Virus record (IMG/VR): IMGVR_UViG_3300023110_001773
Location: 64,001 to 128,000 of that record
DNA from: a virus
Strand: one strand, 5' to 3'
DNA: 64,000 nucleotides
Of the stretch, positions 49,161 to 58,562 are shown one piece after another. The notes under the pieces are model-generated. The model worked only from the letters and a program-made list of their open reading frames with translations. It was not told where the DNA came from and ran no database searches. How positions within the stretch are numbered: position 1 is the stretch's first letter; each line of letters begins with the position of its first letter. The position numbers and the translations under genes were made by a program.

Positions 49161-51338
49161 TTATCCTATTGATACCGTAGCACCAGTAACAATTGTTGGA
49201 CTGGTGATAATACCAAGAGTTGTTGTCGCAGTACCAAACATTGATGCGGCTCCACCAGCAGTGACCGTAACAGCACCACCAGCGGTAACAGAAACAAATG
49301 CACCAGAAGCTACAACACTTCCTGCACCAGATGTCATTGTAGCAGTACCAGCAACAGCATTTGCAAGATATGCACCAGCAGTAACGTTGTTTGCCATGCC
49401 ACCAGCAGTAACATTATTTGTTATCCCGCCAGCAGTAACGTTACTGAGTATTCCTCCGGCAGCAACGTTATTTGCAATACCTCCAGCAATAACAGTATTA
49501 AATTGACCACCAGCAACCACGGTGTTATATTGTCCGCCAGCTTGAACGGTGTTTATCATTCCTCCAAGAAGAATGGTATTGAACATACCTCCAGCAGTCA
49601 CAAAGTTCTGAATGCCTGGAATCAAACTAAATACACCAGTATCAACCCCTTGAATATTGTTAATAGCAATACTAGCCTGTCTTGTTGCGTAGCCTGGTTT
49701 CAACAAAATAGAAGCGGCTCCAGTAAATGAGGCAGTAGGGCCAATTTTCTCATAAAGATCAGCAGTAGCACTCAAGTTATATCTAGCAGTAGCGATACTC
49801 ACACTGGGTGCTGGGTTAAATGGTAAAAATGGGTCTGGATAAAGTTGTCCAGTGGCAATAGATACATCTTGTTGTGCAAACAATTCTAGTTTGGATACCG
49901 ATTTTAATAGAGCAGTTGGATCAGCTTTAACGGTAGGATCAAATAACATATCACGGAATGCGTCAACGTCCAACTCATATCTCGGGTACACATTAATCTT
50001 ATGGTTTCCGAATGTGATGTCTTTTCTGTCCTGAGTAGCAATAGTTTTCCATTTCCCCTTTACTCGCCAGTTTGCTTGTCCAACGACTCTTAGAGAATCG
50101 TTTCCAACATAGGCAAGGTCTGGGTCTTGAGAACCCACTTGAACGTTTCTATTTTTTCTGATGTGATGATGCATGGTACTTTCAGTATCAATCTCTTCCG
50201 TACCTTGAATCTTGCTAATCCTACTACCACGAACAGTTTGAAAAGCATGACCACTAATGTGTTCTACTTTGTTACCTTTGATGTTTAAGTAATAGTCACC
50301 ATCCACGGTCATGCTGTAATCACCCCGAACATAAATTAATTTGTTCTTCAAATCAATTACATAATTGTTCCCAACAACCTTTTCTACTTTGGTTCCATCT
50401 GGTTGAATTTCTCTGAAAGTGCCAGCCTTGTGCATTTCATGAATTCGTTCTGCACCAAGTGTATCATCAACCTCAAATATATGTCCGCTCTCGCTTTCAT
50501 AAACGTGGTTGTAGGGGTACTCAGACTTAGATTCTTCTGGGTCTGCGTTTGGGTCTGGTGGGGTAGATTGTGGATGTGGTTCATTCCAACTTCTAGGTCT
50601 ATACTTTGGGTCTTTGATTTCCAGTCTTTCGCCACTGCCATCATCTGGGTGAGTAAATCCTTTTGGAGTAGTTCCTCCGCTGGCTAGACTTGCATAAGCC
50701 ATGGGAATGTCTTTTATTCTCGTTTCTCTTTTCGATTTCAAAGACCAATGTTCTTCTGCCCACTTTCTCTCACTGTGGTTTCTAGAAAGACGAGAAGAAT
50801 CGGCTTCTTCTAAAATATTTTCTCCAACGTCCTCCCCACCATCTTCGTCATACTCTGGTGTTTCCCTCGGTCTACCGCTAGCATGGGTATCTGGGCCTGG
50901 GTCTTTTCTATTTGTTACTTTTCTTTTGGGATACCTATAGTGCGGATGAGTTCCTTTTGGATCAAAGAAACCAACCAGACTTCTATCAATATCAATTACT
51001 GGGCCCGTATCATCTTCTCTTGGCAAATAAGAAGCAACACCAAGTGATCCCATAATGATTGGGATTTGTCCGTTATCACCATCTGCAAAAAATCCAACAA
51101 CAGCAGAACCCTCTACCAAACCAGTAGGAGAGTGTCCTATACCAGAAATGCCAGCAGAAGTAATTGGTTGCATTGGTACTGCCCAAGGAAGATGTGCAGT
51201 TGGAAGTCTCTCTTTACTCTGGGTATGGTGTCCAAAAATACGCACACGATAACGTCCCAACTTTGCTGGGTCATCTCTATCTTCTACGATACCCTGCCAC
51301 CAAGTAAACTTTGGATATTTTATATCTTTTCTAGCCAT
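49161..51338 (-). CDS. g5: Baseplate hub / central spike gp5 (no lysozyme domain)
   Basis: WWQG.VEDR.DP.KLGR.RVRI.G.H, LPWA, GFF.DG...Q.P.I.G, YPYNHV.ESESGH.FE.DDT.G.ERI...H..GT. Confidence 0.92.
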   Translation of the reverse strand: MARKDIKYPKFTWWQGIVEDRDDPAKLGRYRVRIFGHHTQSKERLPTAHLPWAVPMQPITSAGISGIGHSPTGLVEGSAVVGFFADGDNGQIPIIMGSLGVASYLPREDDTGPVIDIDRSLVGFFDPKGTHPHYRYPKRKVTNRKDPGPDTHASGRPRETPEYDEDGGEDVGENILEEADSSRLSRNHSERKWAEEHWSLKSKRETRIKDIPMAYASLASGGTTPKGFTHPDDGSGERLEIKDPKYRPRSWNEPHPQSTPPDPNADPEESKSEYPYNHVYESESGHIFEVDDTLGAERIHEMHKAGTFREIQPDGTKVEKVVGNNYVIDLKNKLIYVRGDYSMTVDGDYYLNIKGNKVEHISGHAFQTVRGSRISKIQGTEEIDTESTMHHHIRKNRNVQVGSQDPDLAYVGNDSLRVVGQANWRVKGKWKTIATQDRKDITFGNHKINVYPRYELDVDAFRDMLFDPTVKADPTALLKSVSKLELFAQQDVSIATGQLYPDPFLPFNPAPSVSIATARYNLSATADLYEKIGPTASFTGAASILLKPGYATRQASIAINNIQGVDTGVFSLIPGIQNFVTAGGMFNTILLGGMINTVQAGGQYNTVVAGGQFNTVIAGGIANNVAAGGILSNVTAGGITNNVTAGGMANNVTAGAYLANAVAGTATMTSGAGSVVASGAFVSVTAGGAVTVTAGGAASMFGTATTTLGIITSPTIVTGATVSIG

Positions 51339-51340
51339 AA

Positions 51341-52741
51341 TTATTTCTGCTCGTGCGAGTCCCTGATAACTTCCAGTTTCATTTTATGTTCAAATGCATC
51401 ACCAAACATAAAGTCGTGGCGAATGCCTATGATCTGATATAATCCAGATAATTTTTTATCTAGTTTCAAACTTTCTGGGGGATTTTCTCCCTTTTCTTCT
51501 GGGTTTGGAAATTGCAAATAAACCAACATACCCAAGTCAACATCTGTCCTTCCGTTTACATTAATATCTATTTGGTGTCGTGTCAGTTCAGCAATAGCAC
51601 TATCTCGGAAAGAAATATTTTCAAAATGGAATTTGTCATATCCAAATTCTTTATCATCCCACAAATTGTGATTACCCATAGCAACATTAACGTTTGAAAA
51701 TGGATGAAACATAATACCAGAGTGGATGGGGTTTACCCTTTGTTTGTCATATAGATGATAGAAACTATCATATGTAAAATCTAATAGCGCCTGATTACCT
51801 TTGACCTTAGGCAAGTTTCCATTGGGTACACCAGCTTGATTAGGCGTGTAATCAAACATCATTAGATATGGCATTCTTTTTCCCATATCAAATCCAACCG
51901 TAAGACTTCCCATATATCCAGTATTTAAATCATGGTAAATGTCTGTAAATGTTGGATGAGATACCCCATCCATAACCACATATTTTTCGTGAATCCAAGG
52001 GTGAATGTAGTTATACGATGGTTCTCTGGAGTCACCCTCCGACCTTTCCATCTGTTCAGAAACATAGTTAAAACAGTCATATACCAGTCTGTTCGATTTG
52101 TATATATGAGCCATTTTTGATAAACTAGTACAATAGTTTTTCTTGTCACTCTGGAAAAAGAGTGTGTTTGGCATATACTCTGGAGAACCTTTTGGTGCGG
52201 CCTGTCGGCAAACGTAATTCATACATTTAAACCCAGACCAATAATTCGCTACAAAAACAAACTCTTCTCTCTTGAATTCTAAACCAAAAAAATCTAATCC
52301 CTTGTCTACAGCAATAAACTCGTCATAAATCTGTTGTAATACCGCTTTTGGTTTTCCATCAAATCTTTTTGTTGCAACCATACTAGAATCACGATAAGCT
52401 TCTTCGGATGACAATCTAAGAGTATACATAGATTCTCTATCTTCTTTCAAAACTCTGTTGGTAATTCCAGTTACAACAAAAGTATATTTTAAAGGTGTGA
52501 CTCCCTGTTCAGATTGAAACTCCACAATAACCTTTTCGGTTCCTCTGAGTTTTAATCTTCTTACTAAGTTTTTTGCATCACCAATAGCCAACTCCCCAAA
52601 AATGCCTTGGGTTAGTACGTTTTCAAAAATGGTTAATTGTCCAGCAAAGTTCTGTAAATCTTGTGTACCACCCTCTCCCACCAACTTGAAGACGTTTGGT
52701 CTAAATCGGCCAGGAACGGTTCTGGGTTTTGTATTCGACAT
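51341..52741 (-). CDS. Baseplate hub protein, gp27-like
   Basis: IFEN.....FG.L.I.D, G.EK..V.F, C-terminal SGLY.I..IRH; lies between g53 and g5. Confidence 0.65.
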   Translation of the reverse strand: MSNTKPRTVPGRFRPNVFKLVGEGGTQDLQNFAGQLTIFENVLTQGIFGELAIGDAKNLVRRLKLRGTEKVIVEFQSEQGVTPLKYTFVVTGITNRVLKEDRESMYTLRLSSEEAYRDSSMVATKRFDGKPKAVLQQIYDEFIAVDKGLDFFGLEFKREEFVFVANYWSGFKCMNYVCRQAAPKGSPEYMPNTLFFQSDKKNYCTSLSKMAHIYKSNRLVYDCFNYVSEQMERSEGDSREPSYNYIHPWIHEKYVVMDGVSHPTFTDIYHDLNTGYMGSLTVGFDMGKRMPYLMMFDYTPNQAGVPNGNLPKVKGNQALLDFTYDSFYHLYDKQRVNPIHSGIMFHPFSNVNVAMGNHNLWDDKEFGYDKFHFENISFRDSAIAELTRHQIDINVNGRTDVDLGMLVYLQFPNPEEKGENPPESLKLDKKLSGLYQIIGIRHDFMFGDAFEHKMKLEVIRDSHEQK

Positions 52742-52743
52742 AA

Positions 52744-53250
52744 TTAAGCTCTAAGCAATGATTCGTATTGTCTTGCAAACGAAATGATATATTCTTTTTT
52801 TACTAGAAAAATATTTCTTCGTTTTTCATTTTCTTCTACTTCGTGTTCAAAGTTTGTTATAGGAACAATTTGTCCACCAACTCCATCCAAGTGATCAAAG
52901 TCTACTTGGATGTCTGTCCCAGCAAATATATAATGGTGGGCCTCGTTTAATCTTTCTGAACTTCCATATTTTGCCAAAGCCCAGTCTCTAAGTTCTTCCG
53001 CCGGTTTTAACCAGTCATGATAAGGATTAATAATATCATTTACCAAAAGTATAGTCCAATAATATTCAACATGTCCGTAGTAATCGTATGAAATTTGCCA
53101 CGGAGTCTGACCATCTCTCAAAGTGATTTTTTCAAGTATCAAAACCTCATCGATTCTTTCGTTCGGTGCAACCCTACGAAAAATATCAGGGGTATCTATT
53201 TCAACCCCATCAATAACATAGTTTCTTCTAGGAAACCTATCAAAGAACAT
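52744..53250 (-). CDS. g53: Baseplate wedge gp53
   Basis: FF..FP...Y, DIFRRV, DG.TP..I...YYG...Y.W.ILL.N.I.NP..DW, TN.E.E...NE.RR.I. Confidence 0.9.
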   Translation of the reverse strand: MFFDRFPRRNYVIDGVEIDTPDIFRRVAPNERIDEVLILEKITLRDGQTPWQISYDYYGHVEYYWTILLVNDIINPYHDWLKPAEELRDWALAKYGSSERLNEAHHYIFAGTDIQVDFDHLDGVGGQIVPITNFEHEVEENEKRRNIFLVKKEYIISFARQYESLLRA

Positions 53251-53261
53251 TGTATCTACTC

Positions 53262-54302
53262 CTACTTAATATCTTTTCTATCTCTGAGAAGAATTTCTTT
53301 AAACATCAGAGACAAGGTAATTTCTGTTGGCGCACCACCTTCAAAACTAGTCATAAAACCATTGTGTCCATAGTCTACTTTCATATCAGTAAGAACACAT
53401 GTGTTAAGTTCATTCAACCAAGTGTTTTTCTTATTGTCGTATCGATATTCGATTTGAAATTCTGAAGGATATCTTAAAAATATTTTTTCTTTTTCTGGGT
53501 GCATGTGATATTCTAATTGATATAAAATATCTTTGACAGTTGCAGATTCAGCGGCAGATTTCGGAGCAAATTTAAATTGCATCGGAAAACTTCTGAAGTT
53601 CATGGTTTTAAATAATTGTTCTTTGAAGGGGTTTTCTACTTTTCTAGTAAATACTTGAATGCCATCGGAAACTGGAAGATTGATTCCCAATTGTTTTCCT
53701 ATGTTAAATATAGAAGCTAACTGTCTTGTTGCGTACTCAGAGCCCGTCCCAACATTTTTAGAAATGCTTTCCAACACATCATTCATAGAAGCATCTTTTC
53801 TAAACTGTTCTATAGCTGCACCAAGAAGACCAAAATCAGTAGCATCCCACTGAGCAGAGATTCTGTTTTCTGGTGCATTTGTCATGGCCAAAGTAATAGT
53901 ACCAGCAGCGGTTGTTCTTCCTTGACTGAAATTCCTCATAAATCCAGCAGCAGCCTCAGAAGCGGTACTGACAACTGCTTCTCCAACACTCAATCCACCA
54001 CCCTCTGCACTTGTTGCAGCATTGAAATTACCAGCAGCACTCTCTGCGGAACTGGCAGCACCGGCAGCACCATCAGGATTAATTCCTCCAGTGCCGCCTT
54101 TGTTAGTCCTTATGGAAATGTGTACAGTATGCAAGTAATTTCCACTGGCAGCATCACTCGGCCACTGGTGAGAAAAAAAATCAGTTGCAGTACTTTCTAC
54201 AGTATTTCCAGTATCATTTCCAACACTGCTAACATCACCAGTACCTTCAGCGGCACTGGTTGATGGAGTTGTTGATACTGCGCCTGGAGTTGTATCTGGC
54301 AT
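53262..54302 (-). CDS. g48: Baseplate tail-tube cap gp48
   Basis: NP..EQLF....FR.F...FKF.PKS..ES, YP.EF.I.Y, CVLT...VDY, P....LSL.FKE. Confidence 0.85.
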   Translation of the reverse strand: MPDTTPGAVSTTPSTSAAEGTGDVSSVGNDTGNTVESTATDFFSHQWPSDAASGNYLHTVHISIRTNKGGTGGINPDGAAGAASSAESAAGNFNAATSAEGGGLSVGEAVVSTASEAAAGFMRNFSQGRTTAAGTITLAMTNAPENRISAQWDATDFGLLGAAIEQFRKDASMNDVLESISKNVGTGSEYATRQLASIFNIGKQLGINLPVSDGIQVFTRKVENPFKEQLFKTMNFRSFPMQFKFAPKSAAESATVKDILYQLEYHMHPEKEKIFLRYPSEFQIEYRYDNKKNTWLNELNTCVLTDMKVDYGHNGFMTSFEGGAPTEITLSLMFKEILLRDRKDIK

Positions 54303-54338
54303 GATTGTATTACCTAAATAGTTATTTGGTTATGGGAC

Positions 54339-54346
54339 TATTTATA
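54339..54346 (-). promoter_or_regulatory. T4 late promoter (g48 operon)
   Basis: Exact TATAAATA on the minus strand; a CTAAATA variant at about 54314-54320 faces g4. Confidence 0.7.
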
Positions 54347-54786
54347 TGCCTTATAGAAAAGATTTGCATCAAGGACGATTTATTCCTAAAAATCCTAAGA
54401 AATATCGTGGAAATTCTAACCAAATCATATATCGATCTGGATATGAGTTGAAATTCATGAATTGGTGTGACATGAATCCAGATGTTAAGTTCTGGTCTTC
54501 AGAATCAATAGTAATTCCCTACAAGTCTCCTTTAGATAAAAGAGTACACAGATACTTTGTTGACTTCTACGCCAACATCAAAGGAAAGTCATATCTAATA
54601 GAAATCAAACCCTCTAGATTTACAAGACCACCAGAACCAAGAAAGAGAACAAAAAAATATCTAGAAGAAGTGGCTCAATGGGGAGTCAATGAAGCCAAGT
54701 GGAAATCTGCAAAAGAATTTTGTCTTGATCGGGGGTGGGAATTTAAGATAATCACAGAAAAGGAGTTGGGAATCTCTTATAAATAG
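54346..54786 (+). CDS. g4: Head completion nuclease gp4
   Basis: G.F.PKNP.KY.G, IYRS..E.KFM.WCD, W.SE...IPY, HRYF.DF, IEIKP, NEAKW..A, IITE. Confidence 0.93.
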   Translation: MPYRKDLHQGRFIPKNPKKYRGNSNQIIYRSGYELKFMNWCDMNPDVKFWSSESIVIPYKSPLDKRVHRYFVDFYANIKGKSYLIEIKPSRFTRPPEPRKRTKKYLEEVAQWGVNEAKWKSAKEFCLDRGWEFKIITEKELGISYK

Positions 54787-54791
54787 TGTTC

Positions 54792-55361
54792 ATGGCAAAC
54801 CCATTTGAACAAATAAGAGCCAATTCTAACGATCAATCAAAATCGTATAATTGGTACATGAACCAAGTTAGGAACGTTGCGAGAGGAATTAATAATCCTA
54901 GTACAGCGATGTCTTCTAGCATTGCAAAAAGACAAGGGTCATATGACATCGGTTCTATGTATTTGTTTAGATATGATGCAAAACACAAAAGTAAGTTGCC
55001 ATACTTTGACGCATTTCCTCTGTGTCTACCATTTGAACCAACCAACGATGGTTTCTGGGGAATGAATTTACATTATCTACCATATCTTTTACGAGCAAAA
55101 CTGTTGGGCAAATTACTGGAAACCATGAACGATCAGAAACTCACATCACAGTCTCAGATGTCATACAATTGGGATTTGTTGAGTAGTGCGGCCAGATTTC
55201 CAGAAGTAAAACCCTGTGTAAAAAGATATCTGAATACTCAGATGCGTAGTTCTTTTTACAGGATCGATCCATTGGATTGGAAGGCTGCAATCTTTTTGCC
55301 AGTAGAAGATTTCAATACTAGTAAGAGCAAAGTATTTTCAGATTCTAGAGGAATAATGTAA
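54792..55361 (+). CDS. g2: DNA end protector gp2
   Basis: G.MY.F.YD.K.K..LPY.D.FPL, F.G.NLHYLP, PCVKRYL, W..A.FLP.E.F; TATAAATA at 54778-54785. Confidence 0.9.
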   Translation: MANPFEQIRANSNDQSKSYNWYMNQVRNVARGINNPSTAMSSSIAKRQGSYDIGSMYLFRYDAKHKSKLPYFDAFPLCLPFEPTNDGFWGMNLHYLPYLLRAKLLGKLLETMNDQKLTSQSQMSYNWDLLSSAARFPEVKPCVKRYLNTQMRSSFYRIDPLDWKAAIFLPVEDFNTSKSKVFSDSRGIM

Positions 55362-55957
55362 TGAGTCTTAGTAGATTCTTGGGTCACGTTCAAGGAAACG
55401 ACTTAGCAAGAGCAAACAGATTTGAAGTAGAAATTTATGGGCCTGGTAGCGGAAGGTTGCCATCACTATTATGTGAAGAAGCTCAGATACCAGGCTTGCA
55501 AGCACTGTGGTCTCCAACAAAAATAGGAATGTGGACTGAAAACAGAGTTCACGGCATGGAATTTTTTGGGGAATCAGCTGCATTCACTTTCTATTGCGAC
55601 ACGGACTGGAATGTAAGATCGTATTTTGAAAACTGGATGCAACAAGTAGCATCTTTTGAAACCAAAGAACCAAAATATCAAGACACCTATGTTGGGGAAG
55701 TTAAAGTAAAAGTACTCAACAGAAGAGACAGTGAAAGAAAATCTTGGACTATGAAAGAAGCCTTTCCAAGACTATTGAATATTATTCCAGTAGCTCAGGG
55801 TGGCGATGGCATTGTAAGAGTGACAGTAACGTTTGCATTTAGAAGTTGGGAAGCAGGCGGCGGTGGCGGTTCAAGTATTGCGGATATTTACGACACGATC
55901 ACTGGTGGTGGAAACGTGAGAGAGAAAATGAGAGATGTATTGGACAAAGTTTTTTAA
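55361..55957 (+). CDS. Tail tube-like baseplate initiator (gp54-like)
   Basis: LARANRFEV, LCE...IPG, F..W, L.EAFP, VTVTF.FR.W (gp19/gp54 fold). Confidence 0.75.
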   Translation: MSLSRFLGHVQGNDLARANRFEVEIYGPGSGRLPSLLCEEAQIPGLQALWSPTKIGMWTENRVHGMEFFGESAAFTFYCDTDWNVRSYFENWMQQVASFETKEPKYQDTYVGEVKVKVLNRRDSERKSWTMKEAFPRLLNIIPVAQGGDGIVRVTVTFAFRSWEAGGGGGSSIADIYDTITGGGNVREKMRDVLDKVF

Positions 55958-55977
55958 TTAATTGGAGTTTTTAAATT

Positions 55978-56673
55978 ATGGGATTACCTATTACAGAATA
56001 CCCGCTAGTTGAGGTTTATGTTTATTCAGAAAAAAAGAAGGTCAATTTCAGACCATTTTTAGTAAAAGAAGAAAAACTATTAGTATTTGCAGCTGAAACT
56101 GGTGAGGCCATGGAAATGATAAAGGCCTCCCAGCAGATTGTCACCAACTGTTCTTTTGGAAAAGTTAAGGGTGATGAGATACCAATTTTTGACATGCAAA
56201 ATATATTTCTTGAACTTAGAAAAGCTTCTATAGGAACAGATATTGAAGCGAGGTTTGGATGCGGTCATTGCGAAAAGAAAACCAATGTTACAATTGATTT
56301 AAACAGGTTTAAACTAAAAGAAAGTGAAGATCATTCTCCAATTGTAAAACTAACAGATGAAATGTCTGTCGAAATGAGGTATCCGAAATCGGAAGAACTC
56401 AAAGAGATTGCAGGCAAAGAATCCGATGCAGATATCTATGAAGTATCATCAAGGTGTATAGAGAAAATTTTTATTAAAGATGAAGTCTATGAAGAAATTA
56501 GTGACGGGGATAAAAGAGAATTCATTGACAACATGCCCCCAACACAGTTTCAAAGTATTAGACAATTCTTTGAGACAATGCCGGTATTAGAAAACAAAAT
56601 AGAATTTATTTGTAATGGTTGCGGTAGAGAAAATTATGCATTTATGAATGGGTACATGGATTTTTTCGTATAA
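55978..56673 (+). CDS. g26: Baseplate hub assembly protein gp26
   Basis: LP, FRPFLVKEEK.L, FD...IFL.LR..S.G, CxxC, MRYP, FFETMP.L, CxxC, ends DFFV. Confidence 0.9.
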   Translation: MGLPITEYPLVEVYVYSEKKKVNFRPFLVKEEKLLVFAAETGEAMEMIKASQQIVTNCSFGKVKGDEIPIFDMQNIFLELRKASIGTDIEARFGCGHCEKKTNVTIDLNRFKLKESEDHSPIVKLTDEMSVEMRYPKSEELKEIAGKESDADIYEVSSRCIEKIFIKDEVYEEISDGDKREFIDNMPPTQFQSIRQFFETMPVLENKIEFICNGCGRENYAFMNGYMDFFV

Positions 56674-56846
56674 ACCTCTTCCATGAAAATCTCGAAAACT
56701 ATTTCAAAACCAACTTTTTATTGATGCAAGAACATAAATATAGTTTAACAGAGATTGAGAATTGGATGCCTTGGGAGAGGACAGTTTACATTTCCATGCT
56801 AGTTCAACACTTAAAAAAGAAATCAGAAAAATCAAAGAGTCGATAA
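56661..56846 (+). CDS. g51: gp51-like baseplate assembly ORF in the -1 frame (probably expressed as a gp26-gp51 frameshift fusion; not in ORF track)
   Basis: The -1 frame reads FFRINLFHENLENYFKTNFLLMQEHKYSLTEIENWMPWERTVYISMLVQHL..., and KYSLTEIEN.MPWER is the gp51 signature. First ATG is only at 56724. Confidence 0.8.
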   Translation, partial: FFRINLFHENLENYFKTNFLLMQEHKYSLTEIENWMPWERTVYISMLVQHLKKKSEKSKSR

Positions 56847-58562
56847 ATGGCGCCATTTTTTACTAGTTTGTTGGGATTTGGGTCGAGAACAATCGGCGGC
56901 CTTGGCCGTGCAATAATGAATCCCATAAAGAAGGTTGGGGGTCTGTTAGGAAACGCTGGCAAGGCTGGTGCTTATTATGGACTAGGAAATGCACTTTTTG
57001 GTGGCAACAACAACGAAGAACAAATTCAATCCGGCGGTTCTGGTGGCGGTGAAATGGGTGGATTCGGTGGAACCGTATCCGGCGCAACACCAGTAAGTAC
57101 CGCAGCCTCTGCAACAAGTGCTTTGTCAGATGCAGATAGTTCTGATCCAGTCGTAAGACAATTACAGGACATCGAAAGAGTCTTAGTATCAATCAAAGGT
57201 GATACATCCCAATTTGTTGGGGGAATGTCAAGAGCCGCACAAGCTGGCCCAAATAAAAATGCGTTGAGAAATATGTTCGGCCGCAGTGGTGGTGGTATTG
57301 GCCCCGCAGCTGCTGGTGGACTTGGACTCGCTTCACTTTTTGCATTGGGTATGGCCGGCAAGATGGGAGACAATGACAAAGGTGATACCGAGGCAGGAAC
57401 TCAAGAAAGATTCGATGCCACCATAGGAAATGAATTAGAAGATTTCGGCGCCACCGCTGGGATGAAGGCGGCAGGAATAGCAGCTGGTGCAGCTGGAGAA
57501 AGAGCATCAAAGGCAGCTATAGAAGCAGGAGCAAACAGAGCAGGAAAAATGGCCGCCTCTACTATAGACACAAGTACTGGCGGGGTGAAATTTGATAGAA
57601 ATGGTACTGCAATTAATAAAGCTGGAGATGAAGTACATGGAGCAGCAAAAGAATCTGCAAGACAATCAATGGAAAAACTCCAGAAAGAAGCAGCAGAAGC
57701 AGCTTCAGAAACAGCTGCAAAAAATCCACAAATAGCAGCGAAGATAACAGCATCTATCGCCAAAAACCTTGGTCAAACTGGTGCGAAAGTTTTACCATTT
57801 GTAGGAGCAGGGTTTAACCTAATTTTTGCAATGGAAAAGGCTATAGCAGGGGATTGGAAAGGAGCTGCATTAGAAACTGCTGGTATGATTCCTTTTGCCG
57901 GAATAGGTGCTGACGTTGGTTCCTTGGTAAGAGATGTCTATAAAGACGTATATGATGTATTCCCAGAAGATGACTCAGAGAATTATGAGGAACGATTCCC
58001 AGAATTATTTAACATGGTTACTAGTGCTATTGCTGACTTGATGTCCTCTAACATGGATAATGCTGTAAATGATCTAGAAGCAGTAGAGGCTAGACCAGAA
58101 GTTTCAGATCGTATGACTGGTAGACGGCGAGGACGAGCTCTAGAGAGACAAAGATCATGGGACAACAAATATGGAAATACACACAATGCAGATGGTAGTG
58201 TAAAAGCAGAACTATTAGAAAGTGCGGTGGAAGCAAGAATAGATACCAATCCTGATCAAACTACTAGTATGATGGATGCAGCAATCGAAACTGGACAAGA
58301 AGCTCTTGGTGGATTGGGAGTTGATGTTCCCCTAAATGATTCTGCTAGAGTAGAGGATATGACTACATCAAGTTTTGAACAGACCAATGCATCATCTAAT
58401 GATGCTCTAGTAGCTGCTCTTGGTGGAATGCCTGGGGCAACAGCTCCAGTACAAGGCGGACAGGGAGAAATCTCTGTACATGTGTCTTCTCCAAAAACAA
58501 GTTTCCCACAGTCAAATTCTGAATTGACTTGGATAAACAGCAACGCATCTGGATTTGTTTAA
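56847..58562 (+). CDS. Putative tape measure / hub protein (gp29-like)
   Basis: 571 aa, Ala/Gly-rich helical; K.LPFVGA...A....GDW.GA.LE; follows g26/g51. Confidence 0.65.
   Translation: MAPFFTSLLGFGSRTIGGLGRAIMNPIKKVGGLLGNAGKAGAYYGLGNALFGGNNNEEQIQSGGSGGGEMGGFGGTVSGATPVSTAASATSALSDADSSDPVVRQLQDIERVLVSIKGDTSQFVGGMSRAAQAGPNKNALRNMFGRSGGGIGPAAAGGLGLASLFALGMAGKMGDNDKGDTEAGTQERFDATIGNELEDFGATAGMKAAGIAAGAAGERASKAAIEAGANRAGKMAASTIDTSTGGVKFDRNGTAINKAGDEVHGAAKESARQSMEKLQKEAAEAASETAAKNPQIAAKITASIAKNLGQTGAKVLPFVGAGFNLIFAMEKAIAGDWKGAALETAGMIPFAGIGADVGSLVRDVYKDVYDVFPEDDSENYEERFPELFNMVTSAIADLMSSNMDNAVNDLEAVEARPEVSDRMTGRRRGRALERQRSWDNKYGNTHNADGSVKAELLESAVEARIDTNPDQTTSMMDAAIETGQEALGGLGVDVPLNDSARVEDMTTSSFEQTNASSNDALVAALGGMPGATAPVQGGQGEISVHVSSPKTSFPQSNSELTWINSNASGFV

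Noticed and set aside
54346-54786. TnsA-like transposase or homing endonuclease
   Set aside because: Sequence and position (between g48 and g2) match the core head-completion protein gp4.
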